A DNA stretch of 64,000 bases from a virus (Duplodnaviria; Caudoviricetes), in IMG/VR virus record IMGVR_UViG_3300028888_000053, positions 1 through 64,000 of that record; one strand, 5' to 3'. Below are positions 40,096 through 52,700 of this stretch, one piece after another. The notes under the pieces were generated by a model. That model worked only from the letters and a program-made list of their open reading frames with translations, did no database searches and had not been told where the DNA came from. Numbering within the stretch: the stretch's first letter is position 1; each line of letters begins with the position of its first letter. The translations under genes were made by a program, and so were the position numbers.

Positions 40096-43000
40096 TTATG
40101 AATAACTATTAGTATATAAAGTTAATATTCCAGAAATAACAGCTAAGTCCTCACCAGAATATCTAACCTTAATTCGTAAATATTTATCTTTTATTCTCAT
40201 CTCATGTCTTCCAGCATCCCATTTATCAAATGTAATGTCATTACCAGTATAATTTAACTACAATCTAGTATTCAATGGATCAATATTTAGTTCTTCTGGG
40301 AAGTCCTTAATATCTTCTGGTACTGGATTATTACCTAAAGCAAGTTTTAACTTCGGGTTATTATCATCTAAATGTGAGTTAAGATATTCATTCTTCTACA
40401 CATAATTAATAGAAGGAATCTATACATACCAAATATCTTCTTTATAATGCATATTACCTCTTAATCTACCATTCTTTGTAATATCAACACCCTAGACATG
40501 ATTGCAAATCTTAAATTCATTTAATAACTGATCATATATAATTTCACCGCCTGATAAATTCTGATATTCATAACCATTAGCGGTTAGAGCCTAATATGAA
40601 TCATATATCTTATTGTAATTCCCCTTTCTACTATAATAAAGTGGGAACATTGTTGATTTAAATACCTCTACAGGTACTACATCTTTAAAGTTCTTATTGT
40701 ATTTTATATTAGAACCCATACATATTTGATAGAATGCCTTTGTTAACTCCTATCTATAATACATATTAGGTTTATCACTAATTTGTTCTTTGAATGATCC
40801 TGGTGGCATTTTAATGTGATCAAGATCATAGCACTATCCAATTACTTCATAATGGAATGATTCTGGAGCTGCTTTATTAGAAATAATCCTCAAATCATTA
40901 AATATCTTGTGATTTATAGGATTATTATTTACTACAAACTCAAATTCAAATGGATGTTGTTCTCCATACCATTTAGTTGGTAATATTCTTTCCATATCTG
41001 GTACAAAGTCAGACTAACCATGTTTCCATAAATAAGTAAACCTTGTATCATCTACATCATCGATAATCTTCTTATCCGTTTCATGATTAAACGTGATAAA
41101 ATTATTACCAATATTACCAGAGAATGAAGGAATCCATGAATAGAAAGTCTACCATCCATTACCAGAATGAGCCGAGTTTAAATTATAACAAATATTCCAC
41201 ATTACATCTTCATTATAATCCCTGCCTACAACATCTACATTGTTGTAATCGTAAGCAGTGAACATTACATCATTTTTAAATGCATTGTAATGTGATTTAA
41301 TATTTGTTTTATTTAACTCTAATTCTTTATTCCACATTGATAATCCTTTATTCAAGAAGGACTATATTCTAAAGTCAGATATCAATTGGAATCCATGTGT
41401 AGTACCATTTGTATACCAAATTTTCTTTGCTACGGCATCTACTCCAAATACTCCATAAGGAGTTTGAATAATACTTTCAGGCCAAGTAGAACCATAAGTA
41501 TCAGAAATGATTACAGAATTTTCTGGTAACACATTTGGACTATTAATGAAGACTAATCCATTATTACCATTACCAGCCTATACTCTTTCTTTTACTGCTA
41601 ATGCTAAAATACCATGTTCGCAAACAACTAATAAGTCTCCACTTAATGTAAGTATTTTAACAATAGCTCCATATTGATCTGTATAATCTCTAAAATGAGT
41701 TGCAAGGAATGTTCTGTTGCCATTTTCAAAAGATCCATTAACCATTATATTAGAATAGGTAATTCTATTCTTATAATATGAATTATCAAAAATGGTATTA
41801 TTCTAATTCCAATACTATCTATCACTTCCAGATTTACTAAATGCAGAATTATAATTATCGGATTCTGGCATTTTGTATGAACCAGATGCGTCAACAGAGT
41901 GCAATGGATAGAACGATCTACTATTTCCACTCTAATGTTTCTCGTCAGTCCAAGATTCATCTGTACTTCTAATAGAAATATTCATTGATGAACGCACTGG
42001 GAAAGTAACCCAACTACCCATCTAAACAGCATTCAAGTCGCCAACATTGATTTTTAAAGCTGCTTTTGCGCCTGCTGGATCTGAAGAACCACTAGAATCA
42101 TTACCAGTAGAAGCTTCTATTCTTCGATATTCAACATCAAATATATCTTTACTAAATAATGATTCTACACTAGATGGGGATAATATCTCATCATTATAAG
42201 GCGCTGTTGCGTCGTTGAAATTTCTATTTACTCTATGGGTGAACCAGCCTATAAAGCAATCTCCTCTATATAATGAATCTGTTTCTACTAGATTAGTAGA
42301 CATTTCCATTCTATCACTAATAGCATAGTATTCAGATTTGTCATGATATCTTAATTCTCTATACTATTCAAACTAATCCGTAGAATAATTAGGAATATAT
42401 ATATTTACTATTCTATTAGCAAAATCTTTTACTGCGCGTTTCTTTGTATCACCTTCTGTATTATATACATATTCCTCAATTGGATAACAACCTAAATAAG
42501 GACCATATTTTCCACGTAATACATTAAATGGTACGTGCTAATTTAACATATAAATTCTATCATCCCGATTAATGGTAGTTTGATATGTGTTAGGCTTACT
42601 TATATCAATTTTGGCCGATTTTTCATCAGGAAAAACATATCCTAAGAATTTAGCTCCAGCAAATCTAAATGTAAAATCTTTATCACTACCACATTTCGTA
42701 GAGAAGTAAGCCGCTTCATTATGACGAAGATAAGATTTGCCAACTTCAACTGGATTGTTCATTCCTAAATTGATAGAACAAATAGTAATATCCTCTTCAA
42801 CTCCTAAAATCTTTGTAGTATATGTCTTGTTTTGAGTTTTTTCTAATTCTTGATTTTCGTATGTATATCTTCTAGAATTTTCACTTGTATTCAAGAAGGC
42901 TTCAGTTGTAGCGAATTTCGCAACTAAGTTACCACCAGTGAAAAAGTTGTTGTAATGTGCTTTGTATAAATCATATTCTGGACAAAATGCAGCATAAGAA

Positions 43001-45696
43001 TTAAATTCCATTGGATGAAAATACAAAGAATATTCATCGCTATCTTCATATGATTTTGGATATTCATATTTACCATCATACGTAGAAATGTCTTCTTTAT
43101 TATCATATACAGTTTCTTCAATAATTCCAGTATCATTTGGATCAACAACTATTTCTCGAATATAAGTAAAATGAAAATCTTTATAACTAGATGGAGTATA
43201 TTCTTTGTTAATACACTTATTAATAAACTATGTCAAAATATTTATTACATTTGACTGATTTTGTGCATTCTATCCATAACCTTCAGCATCAACTCGGTAT
43301 GTAATACCATTAAATTTAACATAACGGCACACTGGAGTATAATCTTTTAATGTTTTATTAACATTATCAAATCCTTTATCATACCAGTACTTTTGATATA
43401 ATCCTTCTCTTACATTTGTAACTCTAGTAGGTTCTTTACCTCCACTAGCAAAATCAATTGGGACATAGCCCTATGCTGTAAACTTCTAATTTTCAGTTGG
43501 AGAACATTCTTTTGCAACATAATTACTTCCAATACTATCTAGTTCAGCAGCTTCTTCACTACTTATTTTAGTGGCGAATAAAGCATAACACCAAAAATGA
43601 CGATCGTTATCGTAATTTAATGTATTTACATTATTAGCAAAAATACCAATAAAATCACTATCCTCCTTTTGCCATACTCGATAACCGGAGTACCAAAATT
43701 CTTTGTTATTACGTATAGACTGTCCATATTCTTTAACAAAGGCATTATAAGATACATTACCTAATACTTTTTTGTCTCTATAAATACGAGTGTGATCAGT
43801 TAAAGAGAATAATCTACGACTGTAAGCATTAAATAGCCTAGGTTTGTTTTCGTGCGAAATATTTTTAGGATAAAAAGCAGAATCAATGTCATTTGGTAAT
43901 TCATAAAAACTACCACCCATAAAAGATTCATACAAGTATCTTGCTTCACCATTAATGTCAGACTATAAATTAATGCTAGGAACATAAGCATCTTCACATA
44001 CATTAGTAGTATAAGCCTATGCTAAAAGAGTTGGAATTCTCTTCTGTCTTACAAAGAAGTAACCTTTATAGTTTTCTTGAATATAAGTATTCTACAAAGC
44101 TTCGATATTGAACTTAATACCAACAACAGTCATCTAATCCCAATCAGTTCCTTGATTAATTCTTGAAACACCAAATATATTGCAATGCTGATCTGATAAA
44201 GAAGATTCGTTATTATAATCAATTTGAGATTGAGAAACAAGTTTTATTGCTTTTAAAGTATCTTGGCTAGTTTTTTCTGTCAATTCATTAACACCTAATA
44301 CATCAAAGACACTCGTTAATGAATTATCTTGTCTTATATAAACAATACCAAATCTATAGAACTCTCCAATATGATAACCAGTAGATTCGTAACAGAACTT
44401 AGAATTATAATACGAATTCTATTCTTCACCTTCATCGTATTCATAGCTAGAACTTAAATTAACTCTTTTACTGGCATCCAACATTGGATACACCTAAAGA
44501 CTAATAGTTCTCAATTCATCATACTCATTATCATTTTTGTAATTCTCAGCTATATTACCCTAAAACAACATGTTCTATGTTAAACACTATGTTTTAACTG
44601 TATCTGCATTGAAATATCTTATATTAAGATCAGTAATTGCCATTGCTACTTCATCCTCAAAACCTGTAAAGATAATGTGAATAATACTATTTCCACCATC
44701 TTTTGTTACAGGGAATAATGTCTATACTTTATAAGCTAAAGTACTTGCATTCTAATTATTAGCAGCAGCAGTTCTAGTGTAACATAACTTTACGTAATGA
44801 TATGCACTATCTATATTTGTAATCGTTAAGTCTATTGATTTGTCTGATACTTGATTTTCAGATCCTCCATTTACACTAAAAGGATCTCCATCTGTTCCTA
44901 AAAATACAGGAATTACACCAGATTCACATATAATATCAGATTCATTGCCATCTTTGTCACACGCGATGACATATATTGTATATGTTCCTACTTTTAACTA
45001 ACCACCAGTTTGTAATCCATTAAACTGTATTTTAGGAATCTTATGAGAATCTCTATACAACGAAGTTTGCAAATTGAATAAAGTTTTATCATCTAATCGA
45101 TATCTATTAGTATGAACTGAATCATCACCAATTCTATCAATTATATAATATTCTCCATTTTCTCTTGCCTAGAAACCAGTGTTAATTAATTTAGGATTAT
45201 TTTTATTATCAGTAAAGATTAGATTTACCGAACCATCATAAGAATCCTCTGCTAACACTTCTACTGGATGATTTAAATCAAAATTAAAATATTCAGATCT
45301 TAAATCATACAATGAACCATTTTCAGTAATTCCAATCTTTAATGGGCTATATTTATAAATTAGTTTTCCTTTTTTGGCATCCCAATCAGGACTAGGGAAA
45401 CACCCAACTTCTCCTAATCCTCTTTCTTTACTATATGATATAATATACATGATATTACCGAATACTTTCAATCCGATTGGAACAAAAGTTTCGGTTAAGC
45501 ATGCATATGATGTTTCACCATTGTCTAAGTGATATGGAATTCTAACATTTCCCATATCATTCTATAGAATCTACTCATTACCGTTAAAGGTACTAATTGT
45601 AGCATTCAAAGCATTCGATAAGACATTTTTAGGTGTTGTGGCTATATTGCTGTCAAGAATTAATCCACCTTCAAACGTGTTTTGCGTAGTTTCCAT
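40096..45696 (-). CDS. Tail muzzle/stabilisation protein, crAss type (1866 aa, TAG=Gln)
   Basis: N-terminus NTFEGGL...ALNATISTFNGNEQILQNDMGN, internal GYHIGEFYRFGIVY, C-terminus KDKYLRIKVRYSGEDLAVI...SYS-TAA. ORFs 41149, 42022, 42538, 43486 and 45169 are in frame. Confidence 0.85.
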
Positions 45697-46273
45697 TTAA
45701 TATTTCGTATTGGTTTCTTGTTATCAACAAATCATGAAATTTCCATGCCGGAATAAACCCAAGTAATTCACACTTCGCAGGAGTATATTCTTTTAAAAAT
45801 AAACAATATCCAAAATCTGCAATATAAGGCACTCTAAACATATATTTAGGATATGTATGCTGTGCTTTACACTCATCTTGTAACTTATATAATTTTACAT
45901 TATGAAAAGTGATGCGTTCATGAATTCCTTCTGGTTTCTTAACTTGAGGTAAATATTCCTCTTCGTATTCTCTTCTATTAATACAGAAGTAGTAATATCC
46001 ATCCCACTTCATGTGCTTTTTCATAAACATAACTCGTAACTTACGAGCTAATTTATGTTGATATAATTTATATTGTTTCAATCTTTTAATTGGGATGCGA
46101 CCACTTAATAAATAAAACTCATCCGTGCATATATTAATATCGCATCCCAATCTATTATAGGATAGAAACTGATTCCATCCATATCTTAAAATTTTCTTTA
46201 TATCAGATAAAGGTACATTCGGATATTTTTCATGTACCTTGTCAACATAATCAGCAATAGTAGTAATTTTCAT
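45671..46273 (-). CDS. IHF/HU-like protein of the crAss tail module (200 aa)
   Basis: Track ORF; basic protein between the tail-tube and muzzle genes, where crAss-like phages carry two IHF-like genes. Confidence 0.65.
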   Translation of the reverse strand: MKITTIADYVDKVHEKYPNVPLSDIKKILRYGWNQFLSYNRLGCDINICTDEFYLLSGRIPIKRLKQYKLYQHKLARKLRVMFMKKHMKWDGYYYFCINRREYEEEYLPQVKKPEGIHERITFHNVKLYKLQDECKAQHTYPKYMFRVPYIADFGYCLFLKEYTPAKCELLGFIPAWKFHDLLITRNQYEILNGNYAKHV

Positions 46274-46734
46274 GCTGTATACTATTTTCCATTATTCGTA
46301 TATTCCACTATTTTATCTCGGATTGTATGAGAAACATAAATTGGTTTTTCAATTGTTCTTTCACCTTTTTTCATAAAAAGATAGATCTAATATCCTCTAA
46401 AATTAGATGCATAAGGATCTATGTTAGAAAATTTGGAATATTTAGATCTGACTCTCAAAAAGTCTTTTTTCTCAAAGACCTTCATTTTTAAATAAGATTT
46501 ATATAATTCTCCAGGCAAAAGAAATTGAGCATCATTGTCAACTATATCATTAATAACAAGTTTTACTGATTCTCTAAAGATATTAGCGCATAACTATCTA
46601 CGCTAAAATTCCTTTATATCCGGATCCTCAATTAAATCTCTAAATTTAAACCTTAATTTTTTCAATGGGAAAGTTAAAAATAACTATGTAGCATTCAAAC
46701 AATGTCCGAAATAGAAATCACAATATTTTTTCAT
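46270..46734 (-). CDS. Second IHF/HU-like protein (154 aa, TAG=Gln; absent from the ORF track)
   Basis: MKKYCDFYFGHCLNA...VKLVINDIVDNDAQFLLP...IDPYASNFRGYQ...EYTNNGKQYTA-TGA, with ATGA overlap to the next gene. Confidence 0.7.
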
Positions 46735-46741
46735 TGTATTA

Positions 46742-47443
46742 TTATTTCATTGCTGGTTTAAATGATCTGCCATAAGTCTTCCTCATAAACGAACTCTTAA
46801 CGTCTAAGATATCATTTGCGTCATTCTGATCAAGATGTTCAGGAACTCTGGCAGCATCACAAAATCTATTCCATTCATTCTTTAAAAACTAAGCCTATTG
46901 TATTATTGCAGTGTTATTGGTTGCTAAACCTTCTTTAAATTTCATAACATATGCAACATAACATGCAATGGCTTGTACTTCTCTATCATTTAAAAATGGT
47001 AGACCTTCATCATCTAACATTTCTCCTTCGTATAGAATTAATACTTTGGGAAATGGATGCTGTACATATATTTTATCTCCAATTCTTTCGTAATGAATAT
47101 ATTTTCCTCTTAAATATAAAGGATCTTTGAAGTGTTTTCTTGCTTCACTGTATTCTTCGTTAAAAGAACTAATGATATCACCATTCCAATGAATGCCATC
47201 AGCATAAGTCCAATCTTCTGGCGGAATGGTAACAGCTTCTATCTCATCACAATTACATGGAAGGTCTATGCTCAATGTTACTGGGTCAACTTTACCTACA
47301 TATCTGTAGAATCTTAAATGTTTGGTACCAATTAATGAATGAGCTATTAAGCCCATTTCCTCAAAATCAGAACTATCATTAAAGTCTGTACCGTACAATA
47401 AGTTGGCCTAGAACATTGCTGTATTAAAATTATTTAATGCCAT
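46742..47443 (-). CDS. Tail tubular/ring protein (233 aa, TAG=Gln)
   Basis: MALNNFNTAMFQANLLYG...IDLPCNCDEIEAV...LDDEGLPFL...RKTYGRSFKPAMK-TAA; supported by gene order. Confidence 0.75.
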
Positions 47444-47453
47444 ATATAATCAA

Positions 47454-48143
47454 TTAACCTGGAGCATGTTGCTATGTATTAGGAGTAATAGGAGCAGCCA
47501 TTCTTCTATACAAATCAACATAATACTTAACCAGTCTATTAGCTATTTCATTATCTAACCATGTATATTGCTAATTTGACAACTCTTGACAGCAATTAAA
47601 CTGTTCAAGTTGTCTTGGATCTTTAAATACAGCAACTACAGATATTGTCTTCATTAAAGGAGCATTAAATATAAAGCAATCATACATTCCATTCTCATTT
47701 GGAGTAATATCAATGTATACATACGGTTTGTCTTTATTTCTCCTTCTATATTTGTGGTAGTATTGCCATTTCTATGATGATAGATAAAACACAAAAGGAT
47801 TCTACCTATCAGGACTCCCTATATATGCAATAGATCTACTTCCAAAATCAGTAATGATTTGAGGTATTTCAAAATGCATTGTAGGTGTTCCAATATTAGA
47901 ATTTGGATTACATATAGAACATCTTTCCAAATCCTTACAATCAACTTCTATACAATTGATCGCTAAGAGTAAATCATTAATTGGCAATATTCCTTTTAGC
48001 TAACTCTCTTTAACTATCTGTAATCGTGTAGAAACTATCGAGTCTTCTATCAATTCCATCGGAAGACTCATATTATTGTGTAGTCCACGTAATCCAGATA
48101 CAACATCCATCTAGATACGTGAAGCTAATTTATCGTACACCAT
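47454..48143 (-). CDS. Conserved crAss structural (ring-like) protein (229 aa, TAG=Gln)
   Basis: MVYDKLASRIQMDVVSGLRG...AINCIEVDC...AVFKDPRQL...PITPNTQQHAPG-TAA. Confidence 0.7.
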
Positions 48144-48159
48144 ATTATTATAAATAATT

Positions 48160-48198
48160 AAAGGCGAAGGCTACAATTGCCTCCGCCTTCTTTTTTTT
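48160..48198. terminator. Terminator-like hairpin downstream of the auxiliary capsid gene
   Basis: AAGGCGAAGGC-TACAATT-GCCTCCGCCTT flanked by A/T tracts. Confidence 0.65.
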
Positions 48199-48242
48199 AA
48201 TTTACATTATGAAAGTTTTTAATATCAAAAAAGCTCTTAATT

Positions 48243-49214
48243 TTATTCGTTGCTCTTAGGGCCCTAAATACCATAAGATGTCATGTCAACAAACTCAACA
48301 CCAATTTCAGTGAGAGCGCTTTCAAAATCCTCTGCGAGGCCGTGCTGTACCCAGAATACATGAGTTGTCTCAGAAGTAATCTGTTCGCCAACACCACCAA
48401 GACCAGCTACCTGACCACGATCCACAATATAGTGGAGGATGTATTCGTCGTAAATAGCACCAGCAGCGGGCATTTCGTCTGCCATAGGTCTCTTCCAGCG
48501 AAGATTTGCAGCGGTAGGAAGACGGAAGTCTTTCTCGAGATGAGCGAAAGTACCAAAGCCTTCAGCTCCACCGATAACAGCGCCTTCAGTTTCTGTCATA
48601 TCAGCAACGAGAACCCAGCGTTCTGCGACACCGGCGGCAGCAGGAACAAACTTCTCAACAGCGAGTTTGGTAATTCTCATATACTCATTAGCAGCAACGA
48701 GATAAGCAACATCACTCATATCCTTAGCGGCAGGAGTCTTAATAGCAGAAACACGCTCTGTACTATCCACTTCCTTAGCGGGTTTCAAAACGGGCTTGTC
48801 AAGGGTAATATTCATGTACTTGTTAAGATTCTTAGCAAGTTCTACCTTTGCTGTCTTGCCTGTTGGAACAGTAAACTCTACATAGAAAGGTTTGCCCTTA
48901 AATACGAAATCATTGGAGAACAGAGGATCTGCATTACCAATCGAACGAATGTAGAGAGCCAAACGATAGATCTGATCTTCACCAGTACTATCTTTTTCAC
49001 CTGCAGTAATCTAAGGAAGTTTGCTCAAATCAATTGTATCAAGCCAAGCGTCATGACCCTCGGTCTTGTAAGCACAAATCTTATGAGTTTCATCCATTTT
49101 GTAAAGACCCTGATGCTTTACATAAACAACCTCACCCTTCTTCTCGATCAAGGGGAGACCGGTGCTATAGTCCTTAAGACTATTTACTAAAGTAGTTGTA
49201 GTAAACTAAAACAT
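48243..49214 (-). CDS. Abundant structural protein, probably an auxiliary capsid protein (323 aa, TAG=Gln)
   Basis: MFQFTTTTLVN...LALYIR...FKGKPFYVEF...GFGT...RLPTAAN...SETTHVFWV...GPKSNE-TAA. Visibly GC-richer, with codon usage like the major capsid gene. Confidence 0.7.
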
Positions 49215-49280
49215 AATAATTAAATCAATTTAAATTACTCTTCGTAATGTTAATAAATATTATCTATAAACTCATTAATC

Positions 49281-49685
49281 TTAGCTAGCAGCCTGCGATG
49301 CTTGTTGTGCAGGATTAGCTATGGATTGCGACAAAGGAACATGAGTTTGAACTCTTTGATCCGTGGCGTTCTCCATAATAATATGAACTAATTCATTAAT
49401 AATCTCTTGACAAATATAATCAGGATATTCCATAATTTGCGACGTATCCTCAGTTTTGTCAATTTGTTCTTGGGTTAATCTTATGTATTGAGGTGTCTTA
49501 AGATAATCAACATGAACACCGGCTAATTCATAGACCGAATCATCATTGCCATATCTTATTTCCAACCTAACTTTACTTGTATTTCCATAACGATGCTGAG
49601 CATCAGGCTATACTAGATCAATAGTTTGGCCACCAATTTTTGTAGTCCTAGGAAATTCACTAGGAAATTTAACTATTTCTGGCAT
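49281..49685 (-). CDS. C-terminal half of a split tail ring/adaptor protein (134 aa, TAG=Gln)
   Basis: MPEIVKFPSEFPRTTKIGG...RYGNTSKVRLEIRYG...DYLKTPQYIRLTQEQID...EYPDYICQEIINELV...SIANPAQQ resembles the C-terminal part of the crAss ring protein whose N-terminal part is at 56863-58080. Confidence 0.7.
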
Positions 49686-49713
49686 AATTTTATATTTTTA
49701 ATTCATGTTGGTA

Positions 49714-49742
49714 ATTATAATATATCTAATTATAAAAATCAA
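49714..49742 (-). promoter_or_regulatory. Putative promoter TTGATT-N17-TATAAT
   Basis: Minus strand TTGATT tttataattagatatat TATAAT, 28 nt upstream of ATG49685. Confidence 0.55.
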
Positions 49743-49796
49743 TTATTGCGAATGTTTATTGAAAAATAGATGTTTTATAACTGAATATTAAGCAGA

Positions 49797-52700
49797 TTAA
49801 TTGTTTTCATCTGTAGAATTAAGAGCATACTTGTCTACAATAACATTCCAATTAAATGCATTAGCACCACTAATCACATCTTTGGCATCCGTCCCATAAT
49901 AATAATCCGCAGTAATTAACCCTTCTCCAGGATTGTTATATGCATAATCAGATATCCAATAAGTTCCATTTTTAAATGTCTAATACTGACTTGTACTTGC
50001 ATCCTAGCCGGCAGCTGGCGCAATTGATGTATACATTTGTTCTGGGAATTTATTACATGTAAAAATTATACTTGTACATTTAGTGGTACAATTTAAATAA
50101 TCAACACCTTTGTCTAAATATTTAGAACAAGGCAAAAAAGTCCCATAATCTTCAGAAGATTCTATCTATGTAAATGCATCTAATGAACCATCATTTTGAT
50201 TTGATTCCCAAAGAGCCCTCCATAATTCCATAACAGGATAACTTGTGGCTATAATGCATCCTCTATAATACACAAGTTCTCTATGTAAATTTACAGTCAA
50301 AATCAATTTTTCACCCACAAAAGAGTCTGCGTAACGCATATATGCAATTGCGTCTTTACAATTTGTTAATGCTGGATTCGGATATGAAGTATATTCATAT
50401 GTGATTCCCCTTGTATCAAAAGAATTAATATATGACACATCATTATCATTTCTTACTTCAAAATAATAAGCAGGAAAATCAATATATACCTCAATAAAGG
50501 CATTATTTTCTGAATCCAGATTACTAAATCCATATCTACTCAACCAATCAGCATATCCATCATCATTATTAACTGTATCATCATAAGCTTCTTTAACCAT
50601 TGCCTATACATCTTCTGTCCATATAGTTTGTGTATGCTATAATTTTATATTAGTGCCATATTGTAATGGATTAAAATAATATTTAATAGTTAACTAATGG
50701 GTTTCATCTTCAGAAACTATACAATGTATATATTTCTTGTCAATATCAGCTAATTCAACTGTCTATTCACCAGCTATTGCAGTTCCCGAGAATCTTGCAC
50801 TAGTAGATTTACAAGTTAAATTACCATCTTTATCAACATAGAAATTAGGATTATCCTTATCTCCAAGCCATAATGGATATTTAGGAGTTGTTTCACTCTT
50901 TTCTACAACAGTAAACTATCCATAAGAAGTGCTGCCATCTTTTAATGTTACAGATCTTGTTGCCAGACTATCAATCTTAGCATTAGCAGCCAATAAGTTC
51001 TAGTAATAAGCAGACTATTCGGATTGAATCTACATCCAATGTTCGGAGTCTTCATACCAATTATTTGGCACAGTTGAAGTATATTTAATGGAAGATTTAC
51101 ACTAGTAAACGGCATATGGCTAATCACCTTCATCAATTATAATAAAATCAATAAAGTCATCAGTACCATCTTTATACTAGAAATCAACCATAGGATGCTT
51201 AAGACTTTTATAGAATGTACGAATTGTAGCACCACGTTGTCCAGAATCTCCTTGTTTACCTTCCTTTACAATAGAAATTGTTTCTTGATCCACTATGACA
51301 TCTTCATTATTTACCTTCTTTGTCAATTGGACTACAATATATTTAGGTAAATTAGCATCTGCATCATAGTGAATTGTATTATTTTCAATTGTAAACTAGG
51401 TTCCAGTATCATCCTTTGCAGTAATACCATAACCTTCTACGCCAATTACAGAATTAATTCCATTAGGAGAAATTTCTTGTGCACCAATCGTTATTGTCTA
51501 TGCAACATCTGCTTTATCATTATTTGTTGCGGTAATAACATCTGGAGTCAAAAGCAAACGATAAGAACTACCATCTTCAGATACATCAACAACTTTTAAT
51601 TTTTGGTATTTATACAATACTGTTGTACCAACTGTAATTGTATAAGTGATAGTATATGTTTCACCTGCAATTAAGTCTGCATTTTCGTTGATTTTAGATA
51701 ATATAACCTAACAATCTCCATTTTTTGTATTAGAGGAATCAGCTTTAATATTAGATCCGTCAGGAAGAGCAATATCAACACTATAATCAGAATCTTGTGC
51801 TTTATAGGTTAATTTTTCAGTGCCTTTAAATACCTAAATAAGTCCTGTTGATACACCTTTTAAAAGGTTATTAGTAATATTGTCATCAACAATGATAGTA
51901 TCATTAGTTAATGAAGCTGTAATACCGCTACTTCCTTGTTCTCCAGCTATACTAAATGTAATCTATTCACGATCAAATAAGACTAAATTATATCCACTAT
52001 TGTTAACTGCATAAGCTTCAACATAGATGCCTTTACAATTTGTTTGATTATATCTATTTAATGCGTTAGCTGGAAAGACAACTGTTTCTCCGTCACTGCT
52101 GGTGTAATATTGAACTTCGTCATTATCTGGATTATTATCTTTCATTACACGTAACATTACGTGTACTCTAGATGCTACAGTATTTATAGTCTCATATTTA
52201 ATTTCTGCTAAATCACCAGAAATTTTCTATAGCTTTACTTCAATATTTTCATCAAAACCAGCTTCTAATATTTGGCCATTATATCTTCTATAAAGTACAT
52301 CATTTGATAACATTAATTTATACGAACTACCATCCTCGGAAATATCAAAGACTTTTACTTTTTGTACAGTTTCAGCAATAATATTTCCTTCATATTCAGC
52401 ACGAATATGAATCGTCCGATATGGATCATCTGCCGATAAATAAGTATTTTCTTTTAACTATAAATAGAAAGTGTTATTACTTATTACTACATCAAACAAA
52501 TCATACTAACCACCTTCTTCGCTAATAGTAACAATATATGGTTTAGTTGTTTCAGATGAATTTTCTGAAGTGATAAAACACTAATTGGTTACATCTTCAA
52601 CGCCCTTCAATAATTTGATATTAGCTTTTGATACTTGTTCTATAACACCATTAGTAGCATTATCATCTAATACCACAACGTCATTATCAATTGTTAAAAG

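Noticed and set aside
48342-49190. 282-aa plus-strand ORF
   Set aside because: Antisense shadow of the GC-richer structural gene, with no recognisable motifs.
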